Positions 17,976-26,479 of a stretch of DNA of 64,000 nt are shown piece after piece. The position numbers and the translations under genes are program-made. The DNA comes from a virus, in IMG/VR virus record IMGVR_UViG_3300034066_001346, positions 32,798 through 96,797 of that record, one strand, 5' to 3'. Within the stretch, counting starts at the first letter, position 1. Every line of letters begins with the position of its first letter. A model generated the notes under the pieces. That model saw nothing but the letters and a program-made list of their open reading frames with translations. It did no database searches and was not told where the DNA came from.

Positions 17976-18320
17976 CTAGTTGACTGAAATAGCAAGTTTC
18001 TTAGCAATTTTAAGTAAGATTAAATAACCAATCATATCGTCAATATCATTATCTCCTGCAAATCCTGAGCCATTCTTGATCCTATTAATCTTGTCATCAA
18101 TTCTGATCTTAATCTGCTCCTGATTATCTGCTTGAGAAAATATACGAATAGGACTTAATGCTGAGTCTCCATAAGATATATTCTTTTTAATTAGCATCTC
18201 TGCAATATCAAGACATTCTCTAATTATTTTATGTCCAGAAGGTGCATCAGTTGCAATTAATTGCAAATCTGTTACCCAAGACTGATAGCTATCTTTATTA
18301 GGATAATCTGTTCCCGCCAT
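17976..18320 (-). CDS. DUF1599 / nucleotide-modification-associated domain protein
   Basis: KKNISYGDS...IRIDDKINRI...DMIGY pattern. Confidence 0.7.
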   Translation of the reverse strand: MAGTDYPNKDSYQSWVTDLQLIATDAPSGHKIIRECLDIAEMLIKKNISYGDSALSPIRIFSQADNQEQIKIRIDDKINRIKNGSGFAGDNDIDDMIGYLILLKIAKKLAISVN

Positions 18321-18982
18321 TATTCCATCTCCTTATATAATTGTTTAAGACCTTTTAGTGTTCCTATATCCATATACTTTCCGCCTGGCTTTACAGCCCT
18401 AATATCTAGACTCATATCAATCCATTCTTGTATTTGTTTTCCTGGATGCTCTAATTCTGGATCTATGTATCTTATCAAATTTTTGCGGAATAGCATAGTT
18501 CCCCACATGTTTGAATAGTCGCAATTATTTGTTTTATCCATAGAAGAAATAACTTTATCCCCAGATAATAACACTTGACCAACTCGACCCTTTAATTCTT
18601 CACTACATTCCCATACCCCTAAGACAAGGTCCCCAGAAACCTTATTCATTTCTTTATAAATATTATTTTGTGTTCCATGAATATATGTGTCTGGCATTCC
18701 AACTAGAACAGTATCATTATAATCACCAACCATAAACTTTACAGCATCTGACATAGTCGATGGCTCACGAACGATTAACTTAATATTCATATCCATATTC
18801 TGAATAATTGGAACCCATTCAGCTCTTGTTGAAACTCTAACCTCGTCACAAACTTCTAGCATTTGCTCAACGTGCCATTGTAAAAGAGATCTTTCATCTG
18901 AAATAGGCAGGCAAAACTTAGGTATACCGCCTACACGTGAAGCTTTTCCTGATGCAGGTAAAATTCCTATTGTTGACATCAT
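18320..18982 (-). CDS. Sugar-phosphate nucleotidyltransferase (NTP_transferase family)
   Basis: GILPASGKASR...PKFCLP, GMPDT and YMDIGT. Confidence 0.85.
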   Translation of the reverse strand: MMSTIGILPASGKASRVGGIPKFCLPISDERSLLQWHVEQMLEVCDEVRVSTRAEWVPIIQNMDMNIKLIVREPSTMSDAVKFMVGDYNDTVLVGMPDTYIHGTQNNIYKEMNKVSGDLVLGVWECSEELKGRVGQVLLSGDKVISSMDKTNNCDYSNMWGTMLFRKNLIRYIDPELEHPGKQIQEWIDMSLDIRAVKPGGKYMDIGTLKGLKQLYKEME

Positions 18983-19737
18983 TTCTCCCACTCATGAGGA
19001 TTGAATCCATTGGGATATGACTCATTAACCATTGGATCCTTTTTCCATGCAATCCATCCAGCTTCTCTATCATCGCCCCAATACAAATGAACTACATCTC
19101 TATCTAGTAAACGCCTTGCTTCTTCGCCATTTAATATCTTTACGTTATTATTTTTTAACCAGTCCATCTCCATAAGCTCTGGCGCCCAATCATTTAAATG
19201 CTTTTGATAAGGCTCAACACCAAGCTCTTTATATATAGCGTCAGTGAACATTTGAACATCTGTGTAATAATGAACCATATGATTATGTTTGATAATACCG
19301 CTTGCACATCTTTCAACGCATAGATCAATTGCTGCCTTCATTATTGGGCTACCAGCCTTTGCAGCAATCACTTGCGTGGCAAGCCATGGGGTGTCCCTCT
19401 CTATATCCAAAAGAACATCATTTTCTTCTCTTAGCCAATCTGAAATTGGTGACTTACAGTGTGTATCCATATCTGCATATACTCCACCATTAATATAAAG
19501 AATTGCAAATCTCCATAGGCCAGCCTTCATGACACCTAAAGGTAAATTGATATAAGTGTTATATACTTCTTCAGAAAAGTTTTCTTTAAAAAAGGATTCT
19601 CTATCTGGTCCACTCATATATCCGTGTTGCCAATCTGGATTATTATGCTTCCAGGTATTTATGCTTTCTTTAGCATACTGTGGTAAATCTTCGTATGATG
19701 TTTCATACGTCTGCCAAATAGTCTTTTCGATACTCAT
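18979..19737 (-). CDS. Glycosyltransferase family 32 (OCH1-like, DxD)
   Basis: IEKTIWQT, W...NPDW and RFAILYINGGVYADMD. Confidence 0.88.
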   Translation of the reverse strand: MSIEKTIWQTYETSYEDLPQYAKESINTWKHNNPDWQHGYMSGPDRESFFKENFSEEVYNTYINLPLGVMKAGLWRFAILYINGGVYADMDTHCKSPISDWLREENDVLLDIERDTPWLATQVIAAKAGSPIMKAAIDLCVERCASGIIKHNHMVHYYTDVQMFTDAIYKELGVEPYQKHLNDWAPELMEMDWLKNNNVKILNGEEARRLLDRDVVHLYWGDDREAGWIAWKKDPMVNESYPNGFNPHEWEK

Positions 19738-19880
19738 CTTTTTTTAATTAGCCCAAACTGTTCTAGGTATCTCTGAATAGTCATTGCAGAGACTTGACAC
19801 TCTTTACCTATTTCTGTAACTGTTTTCTTTTGAACTACATATCTTCTATACAGCCACTCCTTGCTTTGATACATTTTCAT
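19734..19880 (-). CDS. Small HTH DNA-binding protein (48 aa)
   Basis: Hand-translated MKMYQSKEWLYRRYVVQKKTVTEIGKECQVSAMTIQRYLEQFGLIKKR; ATGA-coupled at both ends. Confidence 0.8.
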   Translation of the reverse strand: MKMYQSKEWLYRRYVVQKKTVTEIGKECQVSAMTIQRYLEQFGLIKKR

Positions 19881-20446
19881 CGTTCTGTTAACACCTTATT
19901 TGCGTAGTGAGCAATTCCAAATGAATCTGCCACATCAAAATCATCTAAATTTAAATTATACTTATCATTAAAATAATCTACAGTTCTTTGCTTTCTCATA
20001 TTTCTTATTTGATTCTTATACCATGAGTCAGCATATCCTGGACTCTTTAATCTTATCGCTGCCTTTTCTTCTTTTGTAGGGTTTTTATTCCCAATATACG
20101 CCTGCCAAGACGTCGGAGAAATAGTAATAACACTAGCACCCGTAGACATAAGTTCAGCAATGACAACGCCATATACATACGACAATTTTATCACAGCATC
20201 TGGTGATCTGACAAGGATGGCTCCTTCTACAACAATGTAATCAGACTTTAATTCATCTAACATCATAGCCATTTTTCTTTTAGCATCATATATCTTTTCA
20301 TATATATCAATTCCTTCAAGGTTAACCTTACCCCATTTAAGAGGAACATCATTTTCCATTAAACAAAATGCTATGGAATTAGTTGATGCATCTATGCCTA
20401 AAACTCTATTTGCTTGGGTCTTCTTTAAACTAGCTAATGTCATCAA
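19877..20446 (-). CDS. RuvC-like Holliday junction resolvase
   Basis: VLGIDAS, VVEG and DVADS acidic triad. Confidence 0.85.
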   Translation of the reverse strand: MMTLASLKKTQANRVLGIDASTNSIAFCLMENDVPLKWGKVNLEGIDIYEKIYDAKRKMAMMLDELKSDYIVVEGAILVRSPDAVIKLSYVYGVVIAELMSTGASVITISPTSWQAYIGNKNPTKEEKAAIRLKSPGYADSWYKNQIRNMRKQRTVDYFNDKYNLNLDDFDVADSFGIAHYANKVLTER

Positions 20447-20705
20447 TCATTCCTAGCAATCTGGATCTTGATGAATCACTATTCTTTTTTTCACAACCAG
20501 AGCAAACAGAGCCTTGATTATATCTACTTAGTCTAACTCCGCATTTGCAAGCTCGATAAGCGCCATTTCGTATAGACTTTTTTTCATAATACTTCTCCAT
20601 TATTCTTCTATTTGTTGCAATTCTGCAACATTCATCTGTGCAGTATTTTTGGTTGTGTGTCTTTGCTTCAAATTCTTTTGAGCATTCTTTATTATGACAT
20701 ATCAT
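20430..20705 (-). CDS. Cys-rich hypothetical (Zn-finger) protein
   Basis: Multiple CxxC/CxC pairs; coupled ORF. Confidence 0.7.
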   Translation of the reverse strand: MICHNKECSKEFEAKTHNQKYCTDECCRIATNRRIMEKYYEKKSIRNGAYRACKCGVRLSRYNQGSVCSGCEKKNSDSSRSRLLGMIDDIS

Positions 20706-21493
20706 AAAGAAGGAACCTTAAATAATTCAATCTGAACTTCACCAACTGGGGTTTCTTTGCTATAGCATTCCTTTTTAATTGGGCAGTATGTGCATGGCAT
20801 TTTAGATTTAGTTGATCCTGCTGGTCGCATTGGTAGACCGCCATCTTGAAAGTTATCCCACACTTCCTGCATCCATAAAAATGTATCTTCAATTATCTTT
20901 TTGTTTTTATCATTCATAGAGATTGGTATTACAAGTATCTCCTGGGTGTTTTTATTCTCATAAAGAAAAAATCCTTCTTTCGCATTCTTAAGCTTCATGT
21001 ATGTCAGAAGTTGTAGTATGTGATTTGCAGATGGTTTCATCTCGGCCTGTCTTGTATCCCAGACTTCTTGCTTTGCCGTTTTAATTTCGCCTATTACCGT
21101 CTCACCATCATACTCCATAATTAAATCTATAAATCCACGAATTGGCGGATACTCGTTAATTATTTCTTCTTCTTCTGCCCTGAATTCTGGCATAGTGGCA
21201 ATTAGCTTTTGCAATCTTTCATGAGCCTGTGTTCCTTGTGACATATTTGCAACAGCAACTGCATCATTATTATCAATGAACATAGCACCACTAAAAGCCA
21301 TATACCAATATCTTGGGCATGTTCCGTGTCCGTATCCCAATGAGCTTGGACTAAACGACTTCTTTGTCATGTCGCCATCTGCACGCTTTGTATTTCTGTA
21401 AGACTCATCAAGTAGCTCGGCAAATCTTTCTGGATCAAAATACTTTCCAGTATGCTTCTTAAACTTAAGGTTCTTTACTATATCTCTACCCAT
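20702..21493 (-). CDS. Cas4-like PD-(D/E)XK exonuclease
   Basis: CPR, G...H, GFID...EIKT, QLLTY and C-terminal CTYCPIKKEC Fe-S cysteines. Confidence 0.85.
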   Translation of the reverse strand: MGRDIVKNLKFKKHTGKYFDPERFAELLDESYRNTKRADGDMTKKSFSPSSLGYGHGTCPRYWYMAFSGAMFIDNNDAVAVANMSQGTQAHERLQKLIATMPEFRAEEEEIINEYPPIRGFIDLIMEYDGETVIGEIKTAKQEVWDTRQAEMKPSANHILQLLTYMKLKNAKEGFFLYENKNTQEILVIPISMNDKNKKIIEDTFLWMQEVWDNFQDGGLPMRPAGSTKSKMPCTYCPIKKECYSKETPVGEVQIELFKVPSL

Positions 21494-21831
21494 TATGAGT
21501 TATACCTAACAACATACTTAAGTGCATCTACAAGTTTGTCTATGGACTCCTTTAGTGAATAATATACATTTTTCTTATTATTGTTTTCAGTGCCAGCTTT
21601 ATCTTTTGCAATTGTTGAATAGTATGAAGCCATCACAGCAAACTTAGTTGACATTGCTTGAAGCTCCATAATAAGCATTGGAGATTTTGCTGAAGGAACA
21701 TCTGGATTCATTAAAAGCTTTACAACAATAGCCAGAGCCTTGTCTAAGTGCTCATCCTTCATGAACTCATGAAGGTCATTAAACTCAGTTATATTGCTAA
21801 TAAGTTCTAATGTATTTTTATCTTCTGCCAT
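21493..21831 (-). CDS. Hypothetical protein
   Basis: Coupled ORF; ATG at 21831 with AAGGA RBS. Confidence 0.7.
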   Translation of the reverse strand: MAEDKNTLELISNITEFNDLHEFMKDEHLDKALAIVVKLLMNPDVPSAKSPMLIMELQAMSTKFAVMASYYSTIAKDKAGTENNNKKNVYYSLKESIDKLVDALKYVVRYNS

Positions 21832-21898
21832 CTTTTGTTCCTTTGTTAATTTTATCAATAAAAAGTCCTATTGAGTAACCTAATGCTAATCTTATCAT
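21818..21898 (-). CDS. Possible tiny membrane peptide (26 aa)
   Basis: MIRLALGYSIGLFIDKINKGTKDGRR fills the gap; may be a remnant. Confidence 0.3.
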   Translation of the reverse strand: MIRLALGYSIGLFIDKINKGTKDGRR

Positions 21899-21921
21899 AA
21901 ACTTTAAAAAATAGATATAGT

Positions 21922-22710
21922 TTAAAATGTTAATCTCCATATGCCGTCACATTTAATACCGAAGGCCTGAACAGTTATTCTTTGATCTCCGTCTTCTATA
22001 TCTATTCCATGAGATATAGCATGAACAACTTTACTGTCCATGTGCAACATATCTCCAACAGAATACTCTACTAATTCTGGAGTATAGTTTGATACATGGT
22101 CTTCCATAAAACTTTTGTTGTAGTCTTTATTTTTAAACTCTATTTGCTTTATATAATCAGAATAAGAGTTGTTTGAGTAAATTCCTATATCTGGCTGGTC
22201 CCAAAGTATCATGCCAGCACCGCCAGCTGGCAGACTTATTGATAAAGTAAGAGAGATATAATTGCTATGATCAACCTCTGAATATCTTGATAAAGTATGT
22301 CTTATTCTGCCAAAAGAGTTGTCTATGTGGACATTTACATTTTCTTTAAATAAATTATTGACAGTAAATCCATCTTTACCTCCATATATAAAAAATCCAG
22401 GGATAGGCGAATCATCTAAAAATTGAGCAGCACCATAAATATCGCTAACTTTATTTATTATAGCATTGTAAAGAAAATCAAAATTTTTGCTAAGTAGGTT
22501 ATTATATAAAGCAACACTGGATAGGTACTCGTTGGATGGCGCCTCTCCGTTTTTAGGACCGTCTGCAAAAGCTGAAACTCCAAGGGTGTGCAGATTCTGT
22601 CCAGCAATAGTTCTTTCTATCCAGTATTCTTTTAGAGAGTTTACTGTGCTGGAAATACTTTTACACTCTTCTTTACTTAATATATTAACTTTTCCATACA
22701 GTGGATCCAT
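21922..22710 (-). CDS. 2OG-Fe(II) oxygenase superfamily protein
   Basis: HxD (VHID), distal His (VHAI) and Arg (QRITVQ). Confidence 0.75.
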   Translation of the reverse strand: MDPLYGKVNILSKEECKSISSTVNSLKEYWIERTIAGQNLHTLGVSAFADGPKNGEAPSNEYLSSVALYNNLLSKNFDFLYNAIINKVSDIYGAAQFLDDSPIPGFFIYGGKDGFTVNNLFKENVNVHIDNSFGRIRHTLSRYSEVDHSNYISLTLSISLPAGGAGMILWDQPDIGIYSNNSYSDYIKQIEFKNKDYNKSFMEDHVSNYTPELVEYSVGDMLHMDSKVVHAISHGIDIEDGDQRITVQAFGIKCDGIWRLTF

Positions 22711-23675
22711 TACATTGTTCTGCCGTCTACGTAAGAATCATCCTCTGCTTTAATAAACACCTTAATTGCTGGTGCTGTTGGCATTAACTTTTTACCCTCA
22801 ATATGTACTTCTCTATCTCTTTTACCTGCACTAACATCAATCTGTATGGCCTCTTCATTAATTCTATTCCACTCTTCGGCACCGTACTTTTCAACATTAT
22901 CAAACCATTCCTTTGATCCTGGGTGATCCCATAATGCAAATACACGTACAAAAACTTTGTGGTTACCTTCCTTTACAGCAAGTGCTGAGTGGAAGTAGGG
23001 TTCTCCTGAAGGGAAAACTGTGAGGTCTCCAAACTTTGGCTTGTATGTTATAAGTTTATTATCAACTTCACTTAAAAATTGAAGGTCTCCACCTTCGTAA
23101 TCATCGTTGACATACATTGTTATTGTAATAATTTGCTGAGTTCGTGGGCTTCCGTTTCTGTGCTCATGAGTATCTGTATGGAAACCAATTGCAAAATCTT
23201 TTTCTGGCTTGTTATCATGCTTTAATATCTCAATAACACTGTAGAACATCCTTGTTGCCTTATCATTGTTAATGTTCCAATTATCAATATACTCAGGCCA
23301 GTATCCTGAATCTGACCATTCATCAATATAGTCTTTAAAGACTTCTCCAAATACCTGGTAAAGCTTTTCTCTGAAGTCATATAAGAATATAAGGTTTTCG
23401 TCTTCTAGGCCTTCTGGCTTTTTTGTAAAATTAAAAAAAGTTTTCTTGCCAAACGTATGCCATGGGACCCAATTGTTTAATGGACTATCCTTTTGCTCTT
23501 CTAGTGGAAGAACGCCATGATCATCTTTTCTCATTGACTCTTCTTCATTTGTTATTTCTATTCCAGAAATATCTGTATCATACATCTGTAGTAATGAGTA
23601 GAATCTCTGAAGCTCTTCTTTACTAAACAAATCTTTATAAACTACAACTTGTGGCATTACTGTATATTTTTTCAT
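22710..23675 (-). CDS. 2OG-Fe(II) oxygenase (prolyl-hydroxylase-like)
   Basis: FHTD, YVNDDYEGGDL and FPS...FH...K. Confidence 0.85.
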   Translation of the reverse strand: MKKYTVMPQVVVYKDLFSKEELQRFYSLLQMYDTDISGIEITNEEESMRKDDHGVLPLEEQKDSPLNNWVPWHTFGKKTFFNFTKKPEGLEDENLIFLYDFREKLYQVFGEVFKDYIDEWSDSGYWPEYIDNWNINNDKATRMFYSVIEILKHDNKPEKDFAIGFHTDTHEHRNGSPRTQQIITITMYVNDDYEGGDLQFLSEVDNKLITYKPKFGDLTVFPSGEPYFHSALAVKEGNHKVFVRVFALWDHPGSKEWFDNVEKYGAEEWNRINEEAIQIDVSAGKRDREVHIEGKKLMPTAPAIKVFIKAEDDSYVDGRTM

Positions 23676-23974
23676 TGATTTTCCTCCCAGAAATTTATTA
23701 ATTCTTCTAAAACTGACCACTCTATTATACCAAGCCTTACTTTAGACTGTTCGCCAAGTATTACTTTTAGGGCTGGGTGCATGTCTCTATTTACCTTAAA
23801 CGTATCAGTGCAAATCTTTGCCCATACGTCTTTATTTAAAGCAAAGGATCTTGAAGCCTCTTTATAGTCTACTAAGAACTGATTCCATTGGGCATCACCT
23901 TTTTGATAATCCCCACGTCCGCTATTTTTTTGAGCTTTTGCCCCATCACGTTTTACCTCTGCTCTTTCTGACAT
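23672..23974 (-). CDS. PD-(D/E)XK nuclease / Hjc-like resolvase
   Basis: E...SG...KGD...DYK motif; beside recA. Confidence 0.6.
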   Translation of the reverse strand: MSERAEVKRDGAKAQKNSGRGDYQKGDAQWNQFLVDYKEASRSFALNKDVWAKICTDTFKVNRDMHPALKVILGEQSKVRLGIIEWSVLEELINFWEENQ

Positions 23975-24171
23975 TATCCAACCTGTATTGAATTCTCATG
24001 CCCATCGCTGCATTTCCATGTCAGCAAAAGTTTTTTTGAGTCCCATAGAGCACCGTCAACATTTAGATCACACTTAGAGCATGGCCTAATCCCATCCAGA
24101 CTCTCAATATCTGCGTTATCTGGAACAAATTGTTTGTCTGGCTTATTTAAAAACTCATTAAGATTTGGCAT
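23974..24171 (-). CDS. Hypothetical Zn-ribbon protein
   Basis: CSKC...C..GH. Confidence 0.65.
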   Translation of the reverse strand: MPNLNEFLNKPDKQFVPDNADIESLDGIRPCSKCDLNVDGALWDSKKLLLTWKCSDGHENSIQVG

Positions 24172-25162
24172 TTATTTCCTTAATTAATTTTTCTACCACA
24201 TCTGGGTTTTCTCTAAGATAAGCGACAGCTTTTGCTCTACCCTGGAATCTTTCCTCATTAATGGTATACCATGCACCACCCTTTTCAATTATTCCACACA
24301 TCTCTGCAACATCTAGGGTTTCTCCGACCTGATCTACACCCAAAGACTCGCCTTGGTAATAAAAATCATACTGACCTGAAAGATTTGGTGGACCCAACTT
24401 ATTGTAATCTATAATCCAATTTACTGGCCTACCTACTCTTTGCTCAATAATTTTATCTCCAACTTTAACGCCTGACTTAATAGCATTAGCCTCAGCTTCG
24501 CTAGACCAAAGTTTAATGACAGTAGAGGAGAAAAATTTAACCGCCATGCCGCCCGTAGGGATATGGCTTGCATGCATGCTGCCAAACTGATTGCGCTGCT
24601 GAGAAATAAGAACGAGTAGCGTATTTTTATTTGCGTAATTAAGCATCTTAACTGCATGAGTCATGTCCTTTGCTTCTGCACCGATTTGCTTAGTATCCTG
24701 CAAATCTTTCATTTCATTGCCGTCTTTTTCAAAATAGATCGCTGGGAGAAGTGCAGAAATAGAATCAACAACAATTATATCTACGCCAGCATTCATAAGC
24801 TTTGTTGCAACATCAACCATATCATTTACTGTTTTTGCTGGAGAGTGTATTAATGACTTTGAGTCTACTCCCAAAGACTCTGCCCAGTCTGGATCATATG
24901 AATCTTCAGAGTCAATCCAAGCACAAGTCTTTCCTTCTTTTTGAGCAAGTGCAATCATTTGTAAACAAAATGAAGACTTTCCAGCAGATTTATTTCCCCA
25001 TATAAGGGTTTGTCTTCCGTAGCCAAGGCCTCCCTTTAATGCCATGTTAAGGCCAATGCTTGGGGTTTTCTGTCTATCTACTTTAACATTTTGTGCTGAT
25101 TGAACTCTTGCTCTAGTTTTTGGATCTAGTTTTGCTAGTATATCGTCTATCAAAATTGTCAT
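24158..25162 (-). CDS. recA: RecA-like recombinase
   Basis: GNKSAGKS, IVVDS, TGGMAVKF and KGGAWY...QG. Confidence 0.93.
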   Translation of the reverse strand: MTILIDDILAKLDPKTRARVQSAQNVKVDRQKTPSIGLNMALKGGLGYGRQTLIWGNKSAGKSSFCLQMIALAQKEGKTCAWIDSEDSYDPDWAESLGVDSKSLIHSPAKTVNDMVDVATKLMNAGVDIIVVDSISALLPAIYFEKDGNEMKDLQDTKQIGAEAKDMTHAVKMLNYANKNTLLVLISQQRNQFGSMHASHIPTGGMAVKFFSSTVIKLWSSEAEANAIKSGVKVGDKIIEQRVGRPVNWIIDYNKLGPPNLSGQYDFYYQGESLGVDQVGETLDVAEMCGIIEKGGAWYTINEERFQGRAKAVAYLRENPDVVEKLIKEINAKS

Positions 25163-25191
25163 ATTAACCTTCTCTTTGTATCAGTATATCA

Positions 25192-25560
25192 TTAAAATAA
25201 ATTGCCGTGAAGTCTTGGTCTGTTAGAATTTATATCCATCTTCTTAAATAGCTGTTCGTCTAAGCTTGTATCTATTAGTCCGCCGTTCATCATTGCTGCA
25301 TATAAATCTAAAAGACGAATAATTACATCAGCCATTTCTTCTACAATCTTTTCAGACCCATGATTTTTTCGAATAGCCTCTAAAACTTCAGTTACTTCGG
25401 AATGAACTAAAGCAAGTTTGTTACCTAGCTTATCGTGATTTACTGGGCCTTCCCAAAAACCTTTTTCTATTGCTGTCTCGTGAAGTACAGCTGCCAAGGC
25501 ATCGAGACCATTGTCTGTAACCATGTATACGCCGTGATCACCATTATTCATTTGCTGCAT
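25192..25560 (-). CDS. MazG-like nucleotide pyrophosphohydrolase
   Basis: KLALVHSEVTEVLEA...EEMADVIIR...N..RP..HG. Confidence 0.85.
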   Translation of the reverse strand: MQQMNNGDHGVYMVTDNGLDALAAVLHETAIEKGFWEGPVNHDKLGNKLALVHSEVTEVLEAIRKNHGSEKIVEEMADVIIRLLDLYAAMMNGGLIDTSLDEQLFKKMDINSNRPRLHGNLF

Positions 25561-25771
25561 TCTTTTCCTTAAGCTTAAACACAAATGTCTGTTCATCTGA
25601 ATTATATTCAACCTCTAGCTCTTTATCTTCATTTGCTGAATCTAAAAAGGTTAGAACTGGTATTTTTATCTCTTTAACTGTTTCCATTATTGCAACCAAA
25701 ACTTTACTAAGGCTCATTTCTTGAAACAGTTCTTCGGGGGTCTTACTTGTATCGTTAGTCATTTCTATCAC
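25544..25771 (-). CDS. Hypothetical protein (short member of a tandem family)
   Basis: Shares the S..L..I...IKIP...VEY...F.FKL pattern with the two upstream ORFs. Confidence 0.7.
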   Translation of the reverse strand: MIEMTNDTSKTPEELFQEMSLSKVLVAIMETVKEIKIPVLTFLDSANEDKELEVEYNSDEQTFVFKLKEKNAANE

Positions 25772-26111
25772 TCCATTTTGATCTTATACAAACGTATCCA
25801 AATACGCCGTCGTCTTGCATGTTTCTTTCACCTTCTTCTTTTGAAACAATCTTCATTGTAATTTCGTCATTTTTATTTTCATAGTATTCAACTTGGACAT
25901 AGCCTCCAGTTGATTTAATGTAATCCATATAGCCATCTTCATATGGCCAGTACTTTACATTCTCACGTATCTCATCATATTTAATAAGCATGTCAAACGA
26001 CTCCCTTGGAATTTTAACTCCGTCAAGGCTTTTTAAAATCAAAGACAGCATGCTAGAACTATTAAATCTATCTTTTATAGATATTACTGTTTGAAGAGGG
26101 CTTTCGCTCAC
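25755..26111 (-). CDS. Hypothetical protein (tandem paralogue)
   Basis: NSSSMLS, YWPYEDG, EEGER and GYVCIRSKWS. Confidence 0.75.
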   Translation of the reverse strand: MSESPLQTVISIKDRFNSSSMLSLILKSLDGVKIPRESFDMLIKYDEIRENVKYWPYEDGYMDYIKSTGGYVQVEYYENKNDEITMKIVSKEEGERNMQDDGVFGYVCIRSKWSDRND

Positions 26112-26479
26112 TGGTTACTCCACTTTGATCTAATAGGAATATATCCCATGTATTGTCCAGTCTGAATTAATCTTTCTCCCTCTTCTCTGGAAGCTAAATG
26201 AAAATAAAACGAATCGGTTTCTTGGTCAAATTTAACCATTACCGCCTCGCCATTTTCTTTTAAGTAATCAATAAATCCAGCCTCGTACGGATACTGCTTA
26301 ATATTCTTATCAACCATAGGATAGTCTAGCATCCCAAGAGCAGACTCTCTTGAAATATTTACCGTCTTCAGATGATTAAGTATTCCAGAAAGCATTGTTG
26401 AGCTATTTAATCTATGAAATATTTCAGTAGCAGAATCTTGTCGCTCTTCATAAATTTCTCTAGTTGTCTTTTCTGTCAT
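26108..26479 (-). CDS. Hypothetical protein (tandem paralogue)
   Basis: NSSTMLS, YPYEAG, EEGER and GYIPIRSKWS. Confidence 0.75.
   Translation of the reverse strand: MTEKTTREIYEERQDSATEIFHRLNSSTMLSGILNHLKTVNISRESALGMLDYPMVDKNIKQYPYEAGFIDYLKENGEAVMVKFDQETDSFYFHLASREEGERLIQTGQYMGYIPIRSKWSNQ

Noticed and set aside
20702-21493. Cas4-like gene as a sign of a CRISPR-Cas system
   Set aside because: No repeat-spacer array or other cas genes are visible; stand-alone Cas4-like nucleases are common in phage recombination modules.
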